Source: Deltaproteobacteria bacterium (GTDB lineage: Bacteria > Myxococcota_A > UBA796 > UBA9615). From it: 64,000 nucleotides of DNA. Location of the stretch: the NCBI GenBank assembly GCA_002724675.1, contig PBPL01000101.1, forward strand, positions 8-64,007, written 5' to 3'. The position numbers were made by a program, and so were the translations under genes. Each line of letters begins with the position of its first letter. The first letter of the stretch is position 1. A model generated the notes under the pieces. That model was not told the DNA's origin, made no database searches, and was given only the letters and a program-made list of their open reading frames with translations. Below are positions 47,650 to 55,928 of the stretch, one piece after another.

Positions 47650-49397
47650 CGGTGCTTGGCGGGTCCCACACAGGAGCGACGCATCCTACCCGGATTCCGT
47701 CCGCGCGACACCAGCCCGAGCAGTGCCCACGCCATCAGCAGAGCCACCGGCCCGTGTCCGCGAGCAGAACCACCCAACGACAGGAGCGAGGCCCCACAGT
47801 CCAAGCTGGGAGTCTCGTCCAGACGAAGAGGGTCGGAATAGCCCAGGTATTCCTCTAGGTTCGAGACGCCATCTCCATCGGCATCGAGCGCCCCATCGGC
47901 TCTCTGCGGATTCAATCCCCAGGCAAGCTCCCACACGTCATCCATGCCGTCCGCGTCCCCATCCGGAGGCAGATAGATCAGGCCCAACTCCACCCGTTCT
48001 TCAGTTCCCACCGAGACGACATCAGCGCTCCGCAGCGACCGTGCCTCTGGCCAGTAGGTTGTGACGCGGCTGGGATCGCCGGTGCAAAATGGTAGCCACT
48101 CAACCTGGACCAGGTAGGCGCCAGTATCGAGGCCCTGGACCACAAAAGCGCCATCCCCATCCGTTCGACCACCAGCGACCTCCATCTCGTCAGAGGCGTC
48201 GAATACTGTAATTGCGGCTCCACGAACCGCGGTGCCTGTTCGAGTCCGCACCGACCCCACCAACTGGCCTCCTTCCAGCATGGAGATGTCCAGCTGGCGT
48301 GTCTCACCAGCAACCAATCGGATGGGTTCGGCTGTGCGAAATGGAAGCAGTGGCGACGTACCGGCCAACTGGACCTCCACAGACACCGCACCCGCGGGCA
48401 AGTGCTCCAGACGAGCGGGTGTACTGGAGGTCTCCGGTCCCACCGACCGCGCCAGTAGGCGCTCCCCTCCCCCTCCATCGCTCGCCTGCCGCACAACCAA
48501 TTGCGCCCCGTAGCCCGCCTGCTCCTCCAGCCCACTGACACGAACCTCCAAGACCGCGGCCTCGGCGAGGACGAGGTCAGGAACCGTTGTCACCTCGCCC
48601 GCTTCGAGAAGCAGCCAATCAGCTTCGGCTTGAGTGTCCACTCCAGGAGACCACGTCCTTGAAAACCCCTCCGCTTCCACTCGCAACTGAAACTCAGAGC
48701 CGGGAACGGCGTCGAAGTAAAACCGACCGGTCGAATCGGTTGTAGAGGGCGGAACTGACGCGTTCCGCATCGACAAGAAAACCTCAGCCCCCGGGACAGG
48801 TCTATCTTCCTCGAGGACCCGACCCGCCACCGTGGCTCCTGCAGGCACCACGAGGTCAGCGCGTCGGTCCTCTCCACGCACAGCGTGAATGAACTCCGCC
48901 CCCTCAGGATTCCAGGTCCCCGGGAACCAGACCGACCCCGCCATGGGCACCTCGCCCAGCGGCGCCAGGGAGACTCTCAGCTCGTAGAGCCCCGGGAGGA
49001 TCTCCTCGTCCTCCACGAACGAATCCAGACCCGTGATGCGGTACTGACCTTCATCATCGGTCCAGGATTCTCGAATCAGCCCCTGGTGGAAATAGCCCAC
49101 CCCAGTGGCCGTGACCCTCTGGCCAGCGAGAGGGGCTCCATTGGAGTCCACAACCGTGCCCCACAACGACCCCCCTACAGGCAACAGGAAGTCGATGCCA
49201 GACAAGGTCTGATCGCTCTCTAAGCGCAAGATCTCTGCATTGCAGAAGAGATAGCGATCATCGTAGTAGGCACCCAGCCGATTGAGGGCATCCGGCGGCA
49301 AGGCCCAGGCCCGGTGCAGGCCTGGGTCGACTCCTTCGATGCGGTAGAACCCGCGCTCGTCCGTCGTGGACAGGGCCGCTTGGCCCTTGAGGTCCAT
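47646..49397 (-). CDS. Large secreted protein with repeated carboxypeptidase-regulatory-like (CarbopepD_reg_2-type) beta-sandwich domains, TSP3-type Ca-binding repeats and a C-terminal sorting-signal-like tail
   Basis: It contains multiple instances of …GTVVDSNGAPLAGQRVTA…DDEGQYRI… The C-terminus has …DGDADGMDD…DADGDGVSN… followed by a Cys/Gly segment, a hydrophobic helix and RGRNPGRMRR. The span given starts at the first ATG. A signal-peptide-like segment lies upstream in frame without a canonical start (see findings). Confidence 0.6.
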   Translation of the reverse strand: MDLKGQAALSTTDERGFYRIEGVDPGLHRAWALPPDALNRLGAYYDDRYLFCNAEILRLESDQTLSGIDFLLPVGGSLWGTVVDSNGAPLAGQRVTATGVGYFHQGLIRESWTDDEGQYRITGLDSFVEDEEILPGLYELRVSLAPLGEVPMAGSVWFPGTWNPEGAEFIHAVRGEDRRADLVVPAGATVAGRVLEEDRPVPGAEVFLSMRNASVPPSTTDSTGRFYFDAVPGSEFQLRVEAEGFSRTWSPGVDTQAEADWLLLEAGEVTTVPDLVLAEAAVLEVRVSGLEEQAGYGAQLVVRQASDGGGGERLLARSVGPETSSTPARLEHLPAGAVSVEVQLAGTSPLLPFRTAEPIRLVAGETRQLDISMLEGGQLVGSVRTRTGTAVRGAAITVFDASDEMEVAGGRTDGDGAFVVQGLDTGAYLVQVEWLPFCTGDPSRVTTYWPEARSLRSADVVSVGTEERVELGLIYLPPDGDADGMDDVWELAWGLNPQRADGALDADGDGVSNLEEYLGYSDPLRLDETPSLDCGASLLSLGGSARGHGPVALLMAWALLGLVSRGRNPGRMRRSCVGPAKHR

Positions 49398-49529
49398 GGC
49401 ATAGACCTGGACGCCCTCCAGCGGCTCCCCACCAGGGTATCCGGCGACCTCCCCCTCCAGAACGGCAGCGGCCGCGGCCCCCCCGTAGAGGAGGACCGCG
49501 GCCGCGAGAATGCCTATTGGGCGAATGGC

Positions 49530-50462
49530 TTACTCGAAGCCAATCAGCCAGATCGCCTGTCCACCGTACTGCCCAGACAGGTCCGTGCCCACGTAGGGGT
49601 TGGTCTCGGTGTTCTTGAAGAACTCCCAGTATCCGTACCACGAAGAGCCGGGGCCCGCCGCAGCCGAGACCTGGTTGATACCAATCTCGTTGGACAGCGT
49701 TCCAGGGGTGTTGTTCACGAAACCAGCGTGGGTGAACTCAAGCCCGTACTCAGACAGGGTCTGCTCGATCTCGGCAGCGCTGTAGCCACCGTCCACCGTC
49801 AGCTCCATGCCCTGATCGCTCATCGTGGTGACATCCACCAAGCCGAGGCTGAGGAAGTCGCCCATGCCACCATCGGTGATGGGAGTCAGCAGCGAGGGGC
49901 CGAAGTTGGCGCCGGCGAGGTCCAGCTCGGCGACATCGCAGTCGTCCGGGTTGGTCGCAGGATCGGAGATGTCGGTGGCCGACGTGTGATCGAACTCAAT
50001 GGAGCCCGTGCAGTTGTTGCAGCCTTCACCAGCCAGGATGCCGGGGCCGAAGGTGGCAGAGCCAGCGATCTGAATCCACTGCGTGCAGTTCAGGATCTGG
50101 GTTGCCTCGTTGTACTCAGCCCAGTAGTTGACACCGAACACGGCAGAGATGTCGGTAGAGGAGTCGTCCACGGGGACCGCTTCCATCTCGATGGAGAAGC
50201 TGATGGCAGCCAGCGCGAACTCAGCCGCGGTGTCGTCATCATCATCGTCGTCATCATCATCGTCGTCGCCGAGGTTGTTACCACCGTCGTCGTCGTCGTC
50301 ACCAGGAATGTTGTTGCCGTCGTTGTCAGTGTCACCGTCGATGGACGAGTCGCCACCATTGGCACCATCTGTGCGGGCATCACAGCCCATTCCAACCAAC
50401 GCAACACCCACAACCAGCGCCAACATATAGCTACTGAACATCTTCACGATAACCTTGAACAT
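49530..50462 (-). CDS. Acidic lipoprotein with a poly-Asp tract
   Basis: The start is at M48 (MFKVIVKMFSSYMLALVVGVALVGMGC), with GGAGGGA upstream. It has a lipobox. It contains DDDDDGGNNLGDDDDDDDDDDDD. The C-terminal domain is of unknown function. Confidence 0.6.
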   Translation of the reverse strand: MFKVIVKMFSSYMLALVVGVALVGMGCDARTDGANGGDSSIDGDTDNDGNNIPGDDDDDGGNNLGDDDDDDDDDDDDTAAEFALAAISFSIEMEAVPVDDSSTDISAVFGVNYWAEYNEATQILNCTQWIQIAGSATFGPGILAGEGCNNCTGSIEFDHTSATDISDPATNPDDCDVAELDLAGANFGPSLLTPITDGGMGDFLSLGLVDVTTMSDQGMELTVDGGYSAAEIEQTLSEYGLEFTHAGFVNNTPGTLSNEIGINQVSAAAGPGSSWYGYWEFFKNTETNPYVGTDLSGQYGGQAIWLIGFE

Positions 50463-50704
50463 TCGGGTCTCCCTCCACCTCGCATATACCGACCAGACCG
50501 GTTGCAGACACCCTGCAACACGAACCATCCAGCCCAGCTGAGTGCGAGCGGCGAGCGGTATGTACCCGAGAGCCGCGCGAAAGAAAAGTCCTTTTTCGAA
50601 CAAGCCCTACGCGAAACGGCAACAGGCATCGAAATCGGAAAAAACAAGAAGAGACGCAACTTCAAGACAAGGTCGACGCTGTAACCGATAGCGGCAACCG
50701 CAGC

Positions 50705-51991
50705 TCAGTCAACGCGAACCTGCCTGGGAGGCTCCTTCGACGCCGAGACCGCTCTGACCCGAGCCGTATCCAGCTGACCTCGACCAAACTCCGAGTCGAT
50801 CTCGCGTGCCAGCGAGAGCACGAAGCGAAGAGTTTGCTCGAGAGCGCGGGGCTCTACCGAGTCCAATCGGTCCTGGTGCGTGTGTAAGACCTCCGCAGCC
50901 CTGCCACGAACCAACGTAGTGAGCGTCACCGCCCGGTAGCCGGCCTCCGTCACCGGACCCGCATCGGTTCGCCCCACAAGGGCGACCTCGCCGACCCCAT
51001 CGAACTCATCGGACTGAGCGAGACGCTCCGCCAGAGCAGGCAGGCTTGGTCTATATGGCAAGCGGTCCCAACGCCCTTCTGAGCTGACGAAGTGCAGCTC
51101 CCCACGGCCGACGTCGTCTAGGTTGACGAAGAAGGTCGCGCGCCGGTCCAGAAGATGAGCGAACTGGCGCACGAACGCCTTCATGCCGCCCGAGTCCGCT
51201 TCACGCGCGCCGGTCGCGAGGACCCACAGCTCGCAGTGCTCCAGTGGTTCATTCACCAGATGCTCCGCGGCCACTAGAGCCACCGCGAGGCCAGAGCCGT
51301 TGTCGATGGCCCCAGCGGTGGGGACAGAGCGCCACCAATCGATGGCAATGAGAAGCGTGGCGACGTGGATCCAGGCCGCCATCAGCAGCGCCGCAAGCGC
51401 GACGGGAGAGGGTTCAGGAAGCGCCAACGCCAAGATGGAGGCGACAAGTTGAGTAGCACCACCGACGAGTACAATGGTGCCAGGGTGCAGGGGCACACCA
51501 CCGATTAATTCATAGTGAGCCAGTCGCTTGACCCAGGGACTGAAGAGCGTGGACGCACCGGCCACGTCCGCATGCGCCACGAGCACCACCCGACCCCGAC
51601 TGCCCGGCTGCCGAAGGCGCGCGACCATATTGCCCGTCAGCTGCTTCATGAGAAGCCAGCGCACCAGACGCGGGCGGCCGCGAAGCTCACCCCAAAAGGA
51701 CAGCAAGACCAACGAAGTCAGCAACACAGGCCCCAACCCGTTGCTCAGAAGGGACCAGAGCAGGGCCACGAGCAGAAGGGCCGAGTGTGTCCCCAGCAGG
51801 ACAGAGGTCTGAGGAGCGCACACCGCCCCCTCAACGACCGTGTCCATGCCCAGCCGGTCTAGACGCCCGGCAAGCGCAGCCTGGGCCATGCGCTCACCTT
51901 GAGAACCCGCCAGTCGACCAGGCAACTCGGTGACAACCCCGATGAATTCCTTCATGCGTTGGACCGTCGATGTTTGATGCGAGTGTGACAT
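50705..51991 (-). CDS. M28-family metallopeptidase, membrane-anchored
   Basis: It has N-terminal TM helices, the …AIDNGSG… motif and other M28-like metal-ligand regions. Confidence 0.65.
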   Translation of the reverse strand: MSHSHQTSTVQRMKEFIGVVTELPGRLAGSQGERMAQAALAGRLDRLGMDTVVEGAVCAPQTSVLLGTHSALLLVALLWSLLSNGLGPVLLTSLVLLSFWGELRGRPRLVRWLLMKQLTGNMVARLRQPGSRGRVVLVAHADVAGASTLFSPWVKRLAHYELIGGVPLHPGTIVLVGGATQLVASILALALPEPSPVALAALLMAAWIHVATLLIAIDWWRSVPTAGAIDNGSGLAVALVAAEHLVNEPLEHCELWVLATGAREADSGGMKAFVRQFAHLLDRRATFFVNLDDVGRGELHFVSSEGRWDRLPYRPSLPALAERLAQSDEFDGVGEVALVGRTDAGPVTEAGYRAVTLTTLVRGRAAEVLHTHQDRLDSVEPRALEQTLRFVLSLAREIDSEFGRGQLDTARVRAVSASKEPPRQVRVD

Positions 51992-52073
51992 TGTCGAGAA
52001 GAGTCTAAACCGTTCGCTATACTCTCAAACCCCAGGGGTCGGTCTTCGGCCCATTACCTCGGTTAGGACCTCG

Positions 52074-53498
52074 ATGAACCTCGTTGTCGACGAGGTTGTT
52101 TCGCTGCACAGCGACAACCTCTCTCATGTATTCCATGTACCCACATCATCGCTGTATGCGATGGACTCCGAAACCATGTCTATCCTCGAGGGTGCTCGTG
52201 ATGGACTGCATACCGATCAGAGCCTGCAGAAACTGACGGCGGACTCAGGTCTCGACCCGGCCGAGGTCGAGGACATCATCGACAATTTGGTGAAGTTGCG
52301 TCTCCTGGTCCCACCAGGCGAGACCGGCAACCGAGGCCCACTTGCTGACCGGCCGCAGAGTGGCCGGAGCATGGGCAATCTCGTCCTCCACGTGGCACAC
52401 ACCTGCAATCTGGGTTGCGGCTACTGCTATGCGGAGCAAGGCCTGTACAAGGGCAAAGCCACCCTCATGAACGAAGAGCGAGCCCATGAATATGTGGACT
52501 GGCTATTCGACCAGTGTGATCCGGAGACCAAGTCTCTCGGCATCACTTTCTTCGGGGGCGAGCCACTGCTGAATCTGAAAGTCATGAAGTCCGCCGCAGC
52601 CCATGCTCGAGAACGAGCGGACACGGACAACAAGTCTGTGCGGTTCTCCGTGACGACCAACGGCACCCTAGTCACCCCCGAGATCGTCGACTTTCTAGCC
52701 GCCATCGACTGTGTCGTCACAGTGAGTCTGGACGGCATCGGCAAGACCAACGATCGCCTGCGCCCGTTCCACTCGGGCCGCGGGTCCTACGACCTCGTCC
52801 TGGACCGCATCCAACCGCTCCTCGAACGGGGCAAGGTGGCTGCCCGTGTCACCGTCACCCGGCAGAACCTCGATGTCGTAGACACCGTCACGACGCTCCT
52901 CGAACGAGGCTTCGCTGAGGTGGGGTGCTCGCCAGTCGATGCGAAGAATCCTGCCTACGACCTGCGAGGGGAAGACTACGAAGTGCTGCTCGATGGCTTC
53001 GGCACACTCTCCCGACGCTACATCGACGAGGCCGTGCAGGGTCGTAAGTACGGCTTCTCTAACATCGCCAACATCATCAAGGCGGTGCACCAAGGGCACA
53101 ACAAGGACTACCCGTGCGGCGCGGGGCTCCAGATGGTTGCGGGTGCCCCCAACGGTGAGATGAGCCTATGCCACCGATTCGTTGGTGAGCCGGACTACGT
53201 CCTTGGCAACGTCAAAGAGGGTGGAATCGATAGCCATCGTCGGCTTCAGATCCTCGAGGACATCCAGCTGTCCGAGCGATCCGACTGCTCCAGTTGCTGG
53301 GCCCGTTACATCTGCTCCGGCGGATGCCACCACGTCAACTTCCTGTTCGAGGGAGACCCCAGCCGCACTTACCTGACCCACTGTGACTACCTCCGAGCTT
53401 GGTATCGCATGGGCCTCGAAGCCTACGCTGAGATCATGTCACGCAACCCCGAGTTCGTCGGGGAGTTCATCGACCCCGGTTTTCTGTGCAATCAGTAA
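52074..53498 (+). CDS. Radical SAM / SPASM-domain peptide-modifying enzyme with an N-terminal RRE-like extension (QhpD-like thioether-forming maturase)
   Basis: It has the CNLGCGYC radical-SAM motif and a C-terminal SPASM region (CGAG…C…CSSCWARYICSGGCHH). The first ~90 aa read LYAMDSETMSILEG…DPAEVEDIIDNLVKLRLL, which resembles a PqqD-type RiPP recognition element (RRE). Confidence 0.85.
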   Translation: MNLVVDEVVSLHSDNLSHVFHVPTSSLYAMDSETMSILEGARDGLHTDQSLQKLTADSGLDPAEVEDIIDNLVKLRLLVPPGETGNRGPLADRPQSGRSMGNLVLHVAHTCNLGCGYCYAEQGLYKGKATLMNEERAHEYVDWLFDQCDPETKSLGITFFGGEPLLNLKVMKSAAAHARERADTDNKSVRFSVTTNGTLVTPEIVDFLAAIDCVVTVSLDGIGKTNDRLRPFHSGRGSYDLVLDRIQPLLERGKVAARVTVTRQNLDVVDTVTTLLERGFAEVGCSPVDAKNPAYDLRGEDYEVLLDGFGTLSRRYIDEAVQGRKYGFSNIANIIKAVHQGHNKDYPCGAGLQMVAGAPNGEMSLCHRFVGEPDYVLGNVKEGGIDSHRRLQILEDIQLSERSDCSSCWARYICSGGCHHVNFLFEGDPSRTYLTHCDYLRAWYRMGLEAYAEIMSRNPEFVGEFIDPGFLCNQ

Positions 53499-53535
53499 CG
53501 AGAGCCTAAGATTGGCGCGAAAAGGAACCCAGCCC

Positions 53536-53832
53536 ATGAGCCGAATCAAGCCTCTGAACATTAAGGCAAGAGCTGTCGAAGCGAGCACAGACCGCGACGT
53601 GCGGGGCTACGCATTCGGCGACTGCTGCGCATCCTTCGCGCCGGGTTGGGAGGTGGGCACCCAAGACAACGCCGACCCCTGCCCGTGGAAGAGCGACCTC
53701 AGCCTCTGCTGGGGCACCTGCTACTGGATGGGTCAGGTGCCCGACTACATCTCGTACGGGGAGTGGCTCGACACCTGCGGCAACATTCAGAACGACTGGC
53801 GCAATCTCTGTACCATTCCGGACAACGGGTGA
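53536..53832 (+). CDS. Cys-rich precursor peptide (98 aa), resembling the QhpC gamma subunit of quinohemoprotein amine dehydrogenase
   Basis: The ATG lies 10 nt after AAAGGA. The 28-aa leader is MSRIKPLNIKARAVEASTDRDVRGYAFG. The core has 7 Cys, LCWGTCYW (a Cys-x5-Trp motif as in CTQ), PGWEV, QVPD and DWRNL. The stop lies 5 nt before the next start. Confidence 0.75.
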   Translation: MSRIKPLNIKARAVEASTDRDVRGYAFGDCCASFAPGWEVGTQDNADPCPWKSDLSLCWGTCYWMGQVPDYISYGEWLDTCGNIQNDWRNLCTIPDNG

Positions 53833-53837
53833 CGCTC

Positions 53838-54908
53838 ATGCTCCAGCGCACGAACTCCTATATCTGCACTCTGGCCGCTCTCGTCGCGGCTGCCGTCTGG
53901 CTGCTCGCCCTGCCTCAGCACACAGAGGCGGCGGGCGCTCGCACTGCATGGGTATCTAGCAACCACATCCAGGTCATTGACCTGGACACGGCTCGGGTCA
54001 TTGGCCGGCTGCCGCTCTCCGAGTTCATCCACGACATGGACTTCAGCGTGGACGGCAACCGCGTGTACGTAGGCAGCAGCAAGGGGCTGCGTGTGGCCGA
54101 TGCCAACGAGCTCCGGTTTGTGCAGCAGGTGTCCACGAGCATGACCAAGGCCGTAGCGGTCTCCAAAGACGGCAGTCGCGTCGCAGCGATTCATCCTGGG
54201 GACCGAGAGGCGACACAGGCAGCCCGGAAAGCTGGCCTTCCCCTCCCCCCCGCCAAGATCACGATCTACTCGACGCTGGACATGAAGGAACAGAGTTCCT
54301 GGCACGTGCACGCCATGACATTCGATGTCCTGTTCGCGCCATCGAACGATCGGGTCTACGTGTTGGTACCCCCCGAGGGCATGGTCTATGTCCACGACTT
54401 GAGTGGGGCAGTTCTCGACACCATTCAGCTCGTACCGAGGAGCCCCGAGGGTTCCCACCAGGGAGCAATGCTGACCTGGATGGCGCTCTCGCCCGATGGC
54501 CGATCGCTGGTGGTCCCCGGCACAACCGCAGACCGATCGTTCGTAGCAGAGGTCGACCTGGGCAACAGACGACCCCTGGATGAACGCGTGGTCCACCAAG
54601 ATCTGGGACACAACCGGAGGATCCAAGGGCTGGCTTGGGACGATGACGGCAGTGGTGTTTACGTCACTGCAGTGAACTCCATGGTCAAGTTCAATGGTCT
54701 CGGTCTTCCCATCGCCTGGGAATCCATGCCGCTCAACTACGTCGACATCGAGCCCATCCCAGGCACCAACGAGAACGTCCTGGTGGCGCCCATCTTCTCC
54801 AAGTCCAACAAGAGCGGGGGGGTCGCCATCTTGGGCGAAAACGGCGAGTTCCTGAGAACGGTGGAGTTGCCCGACATGAGCCCCTACTTCGTGGCTGTCC
54901 GACCCTGA
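53838..54908 (+). CDS. Secreted beta-propeller protein (YVTN-type repeats), QhpB beta-subunit-like
   Basis: It has a signal peptide (MLQRTNSYICTLAALVAAAVWLLALPQHTEAAG). It also has repeated …DGxRVYV… blades, which fits a 7-bladed propeller of ~326 aa mature length. Confidence 0.7.
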   Translation: MLQRTNSYICTLAALVAAAVWLLALPQHTEAAGARTAWVSSNHIQVIDLDTARVIGRLPLSEFIHDMDFSVDGNRVYVGSSKGLRVADANELRFVQQVSTSMTKAVAVSKDGSRVAAIHPGDREATQAARKAGLPLPPAKITIYSTLDMKEQSSWHVHAMTFDVLFAPSNDRVYVLVPPEGMVYVHDLSGAVLDTIQLVPRSPEGSHQGAMLTWMALSPDGRSLVVPGTTADRSFVAEVDLGNRRPLDERVVHQDLGHNRRIQGLAWDDDGSGVYVTAVNSMVKFNGLGLPIAWESMPLNYVDIEPIPGTNENVLVAPIFSKSNKSGGVAILGENGEFLRTVELPDMSPYFVAVRP

Positions 54909-54918
54909 CCACACTCTG

Positions 54919-54940
54919 CCTACACGCGCCCGACCGGGCG
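54919..54940 (+). promoter_or_regulatory. GC-rich inverted repeat CGCGCCCG-AC-CGGGCGCG immediately 3' of the beta-propeller gene. Candidate intra-operon attenuator.
   Basis: It forms a perfect 8-bp stem. The coordinates are approximate to +/-2 nt. Confidence 0.3.
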
Positions 54941-55072
54941 CGGCTGACGCAACTTGAGCAAGCCTCGGACCTTCGTCGGTCGGAGGCTGCCTGGCTATCC
55001 AGTCTGCCCGACTACAGCCGGCTCTATTTTGGGGTCGAGTTCTGCGAGCACCTGCTTCCCAGCGCGGACGAC

Positions 55073-55900
55073 GTGGAGGCCGCTTGCGACTTCTGCAACC
55101 GGCGTCAATGGAAGCTAACGCTGCTGACACCCTACGTAACCGACTGGGGGCTCGAGAAGATCGACCCACTCCTCCAGGCCCTAGACACCATGGCGCCCCA
55201 TGGCACCGAGGTGGTCGTCAACGACTGGGGAGTACTCCGCCAGGTAGCCAACCGCTCCAACGCAGACCTCTTGGTTGTACTGGGCCGAGGGTTGAACCGG
55301 ATGTTCCGCGACCCGAGAGTTCCCGATGTAGGTCCAGAACATCTGGGGGGAGACGCTCCACCGAGCGCTTGGCGTAGCGCGAGCCACCAGAGTCAGGGTT
55401 TCCGAACCATGCTCCGCTCGGCAGGCATCCAACGGATCGAAACGGACATGCCGATGCAAGGTATGCAGGACCTGGACCCCGACGAACAAGACCTGAAGCT
55501 AAGTGTTCACCTGCCCTATGGAATGGTGGCCAGCGGCCGCATCTGCATGATGAGCGCCCTTGGGCAGTCGGCTTCAGTGCGATTCCCCCCACCTCGCGCC
55601 TGCACTGCGCCCTGCCACGACTACACTTTGGAGCTTCGCGCGCCCTGGACGCGTCGAGCGGTTGGAGCAGGCCGGCTACCCCTGGTTGCAGAGGACAGCT
55701 TTCTGCCTCTAGACCACGTGCTCAATCGCCGTCGTAACGCGTTTCCAGCCCACGAGAATGACGACGCACCGAGGTTCATCCAGAAAGGCAACACCCACTT
55801 CTACTGCCTGGACGAGGAGAAGGTGGACAGTGCGCTGGACTGGGTCCACCGCAACCCCACAGCAGACCGCATCGTGGTAGCACCTGACGTGCCCATGTAG
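55073..55900 (+). CDS. U32-family protein, UbiV-like. The true start is probably upstream, near 55000.
   Basis: …DFCNRRQWK… aligns to the UbiV AVCSKRR Cys-ligand region. …VVVNDWGVLRQVANR… aligns to the UbiV LLEANDLGAVQLAHE region. The in-frame upstream sequence encodes a conserved-looking LYFGVEFCEHLLP, but there is no ATG/GTG/TTG until 55073. Confidence 0.7.
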   Translation: MEAACDFCNRRQWKLTLLTPYVTDWGLEKIDPLLQALDTMAPHGTEVVVNDWGVLRQVANRSNADLLVVLGRGLNRMFRDPRVPDVGPEHLGGDAPPSAWRSASHQSQGFRTMLRSAGIQRIETDMPMQGMQDLDPDEQDLKLSVHLPYGMVASGRICMMSALGQSASVRFPPPRACTAPCHDYTLELRAPWTRRAVGAGRLPLVAEDSFLPLDHVLNRRRNAFPAHENDDAPRFIQKGNTHFYCLDEEKVDSALDWVHRNPTADRIVVAPDVPM

Positions 55901-55928
55901 GCTTGCGAGCCCTAGGACCCAGAGCCCC

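Noticed and set aside
49314-50684. 456-aa plus-strand ORF
   Set aside because: It is antisense to the acidic lipoprotein gene. Its translation is poly-V/poly-I from the complement of the poly-Asp tract.
53787-55169. 460-aa minus-strand ORF
   Set aside because: It is antisense to the beta-propeller gene, which has a clean signal peptide and repeats. It is an artefact.
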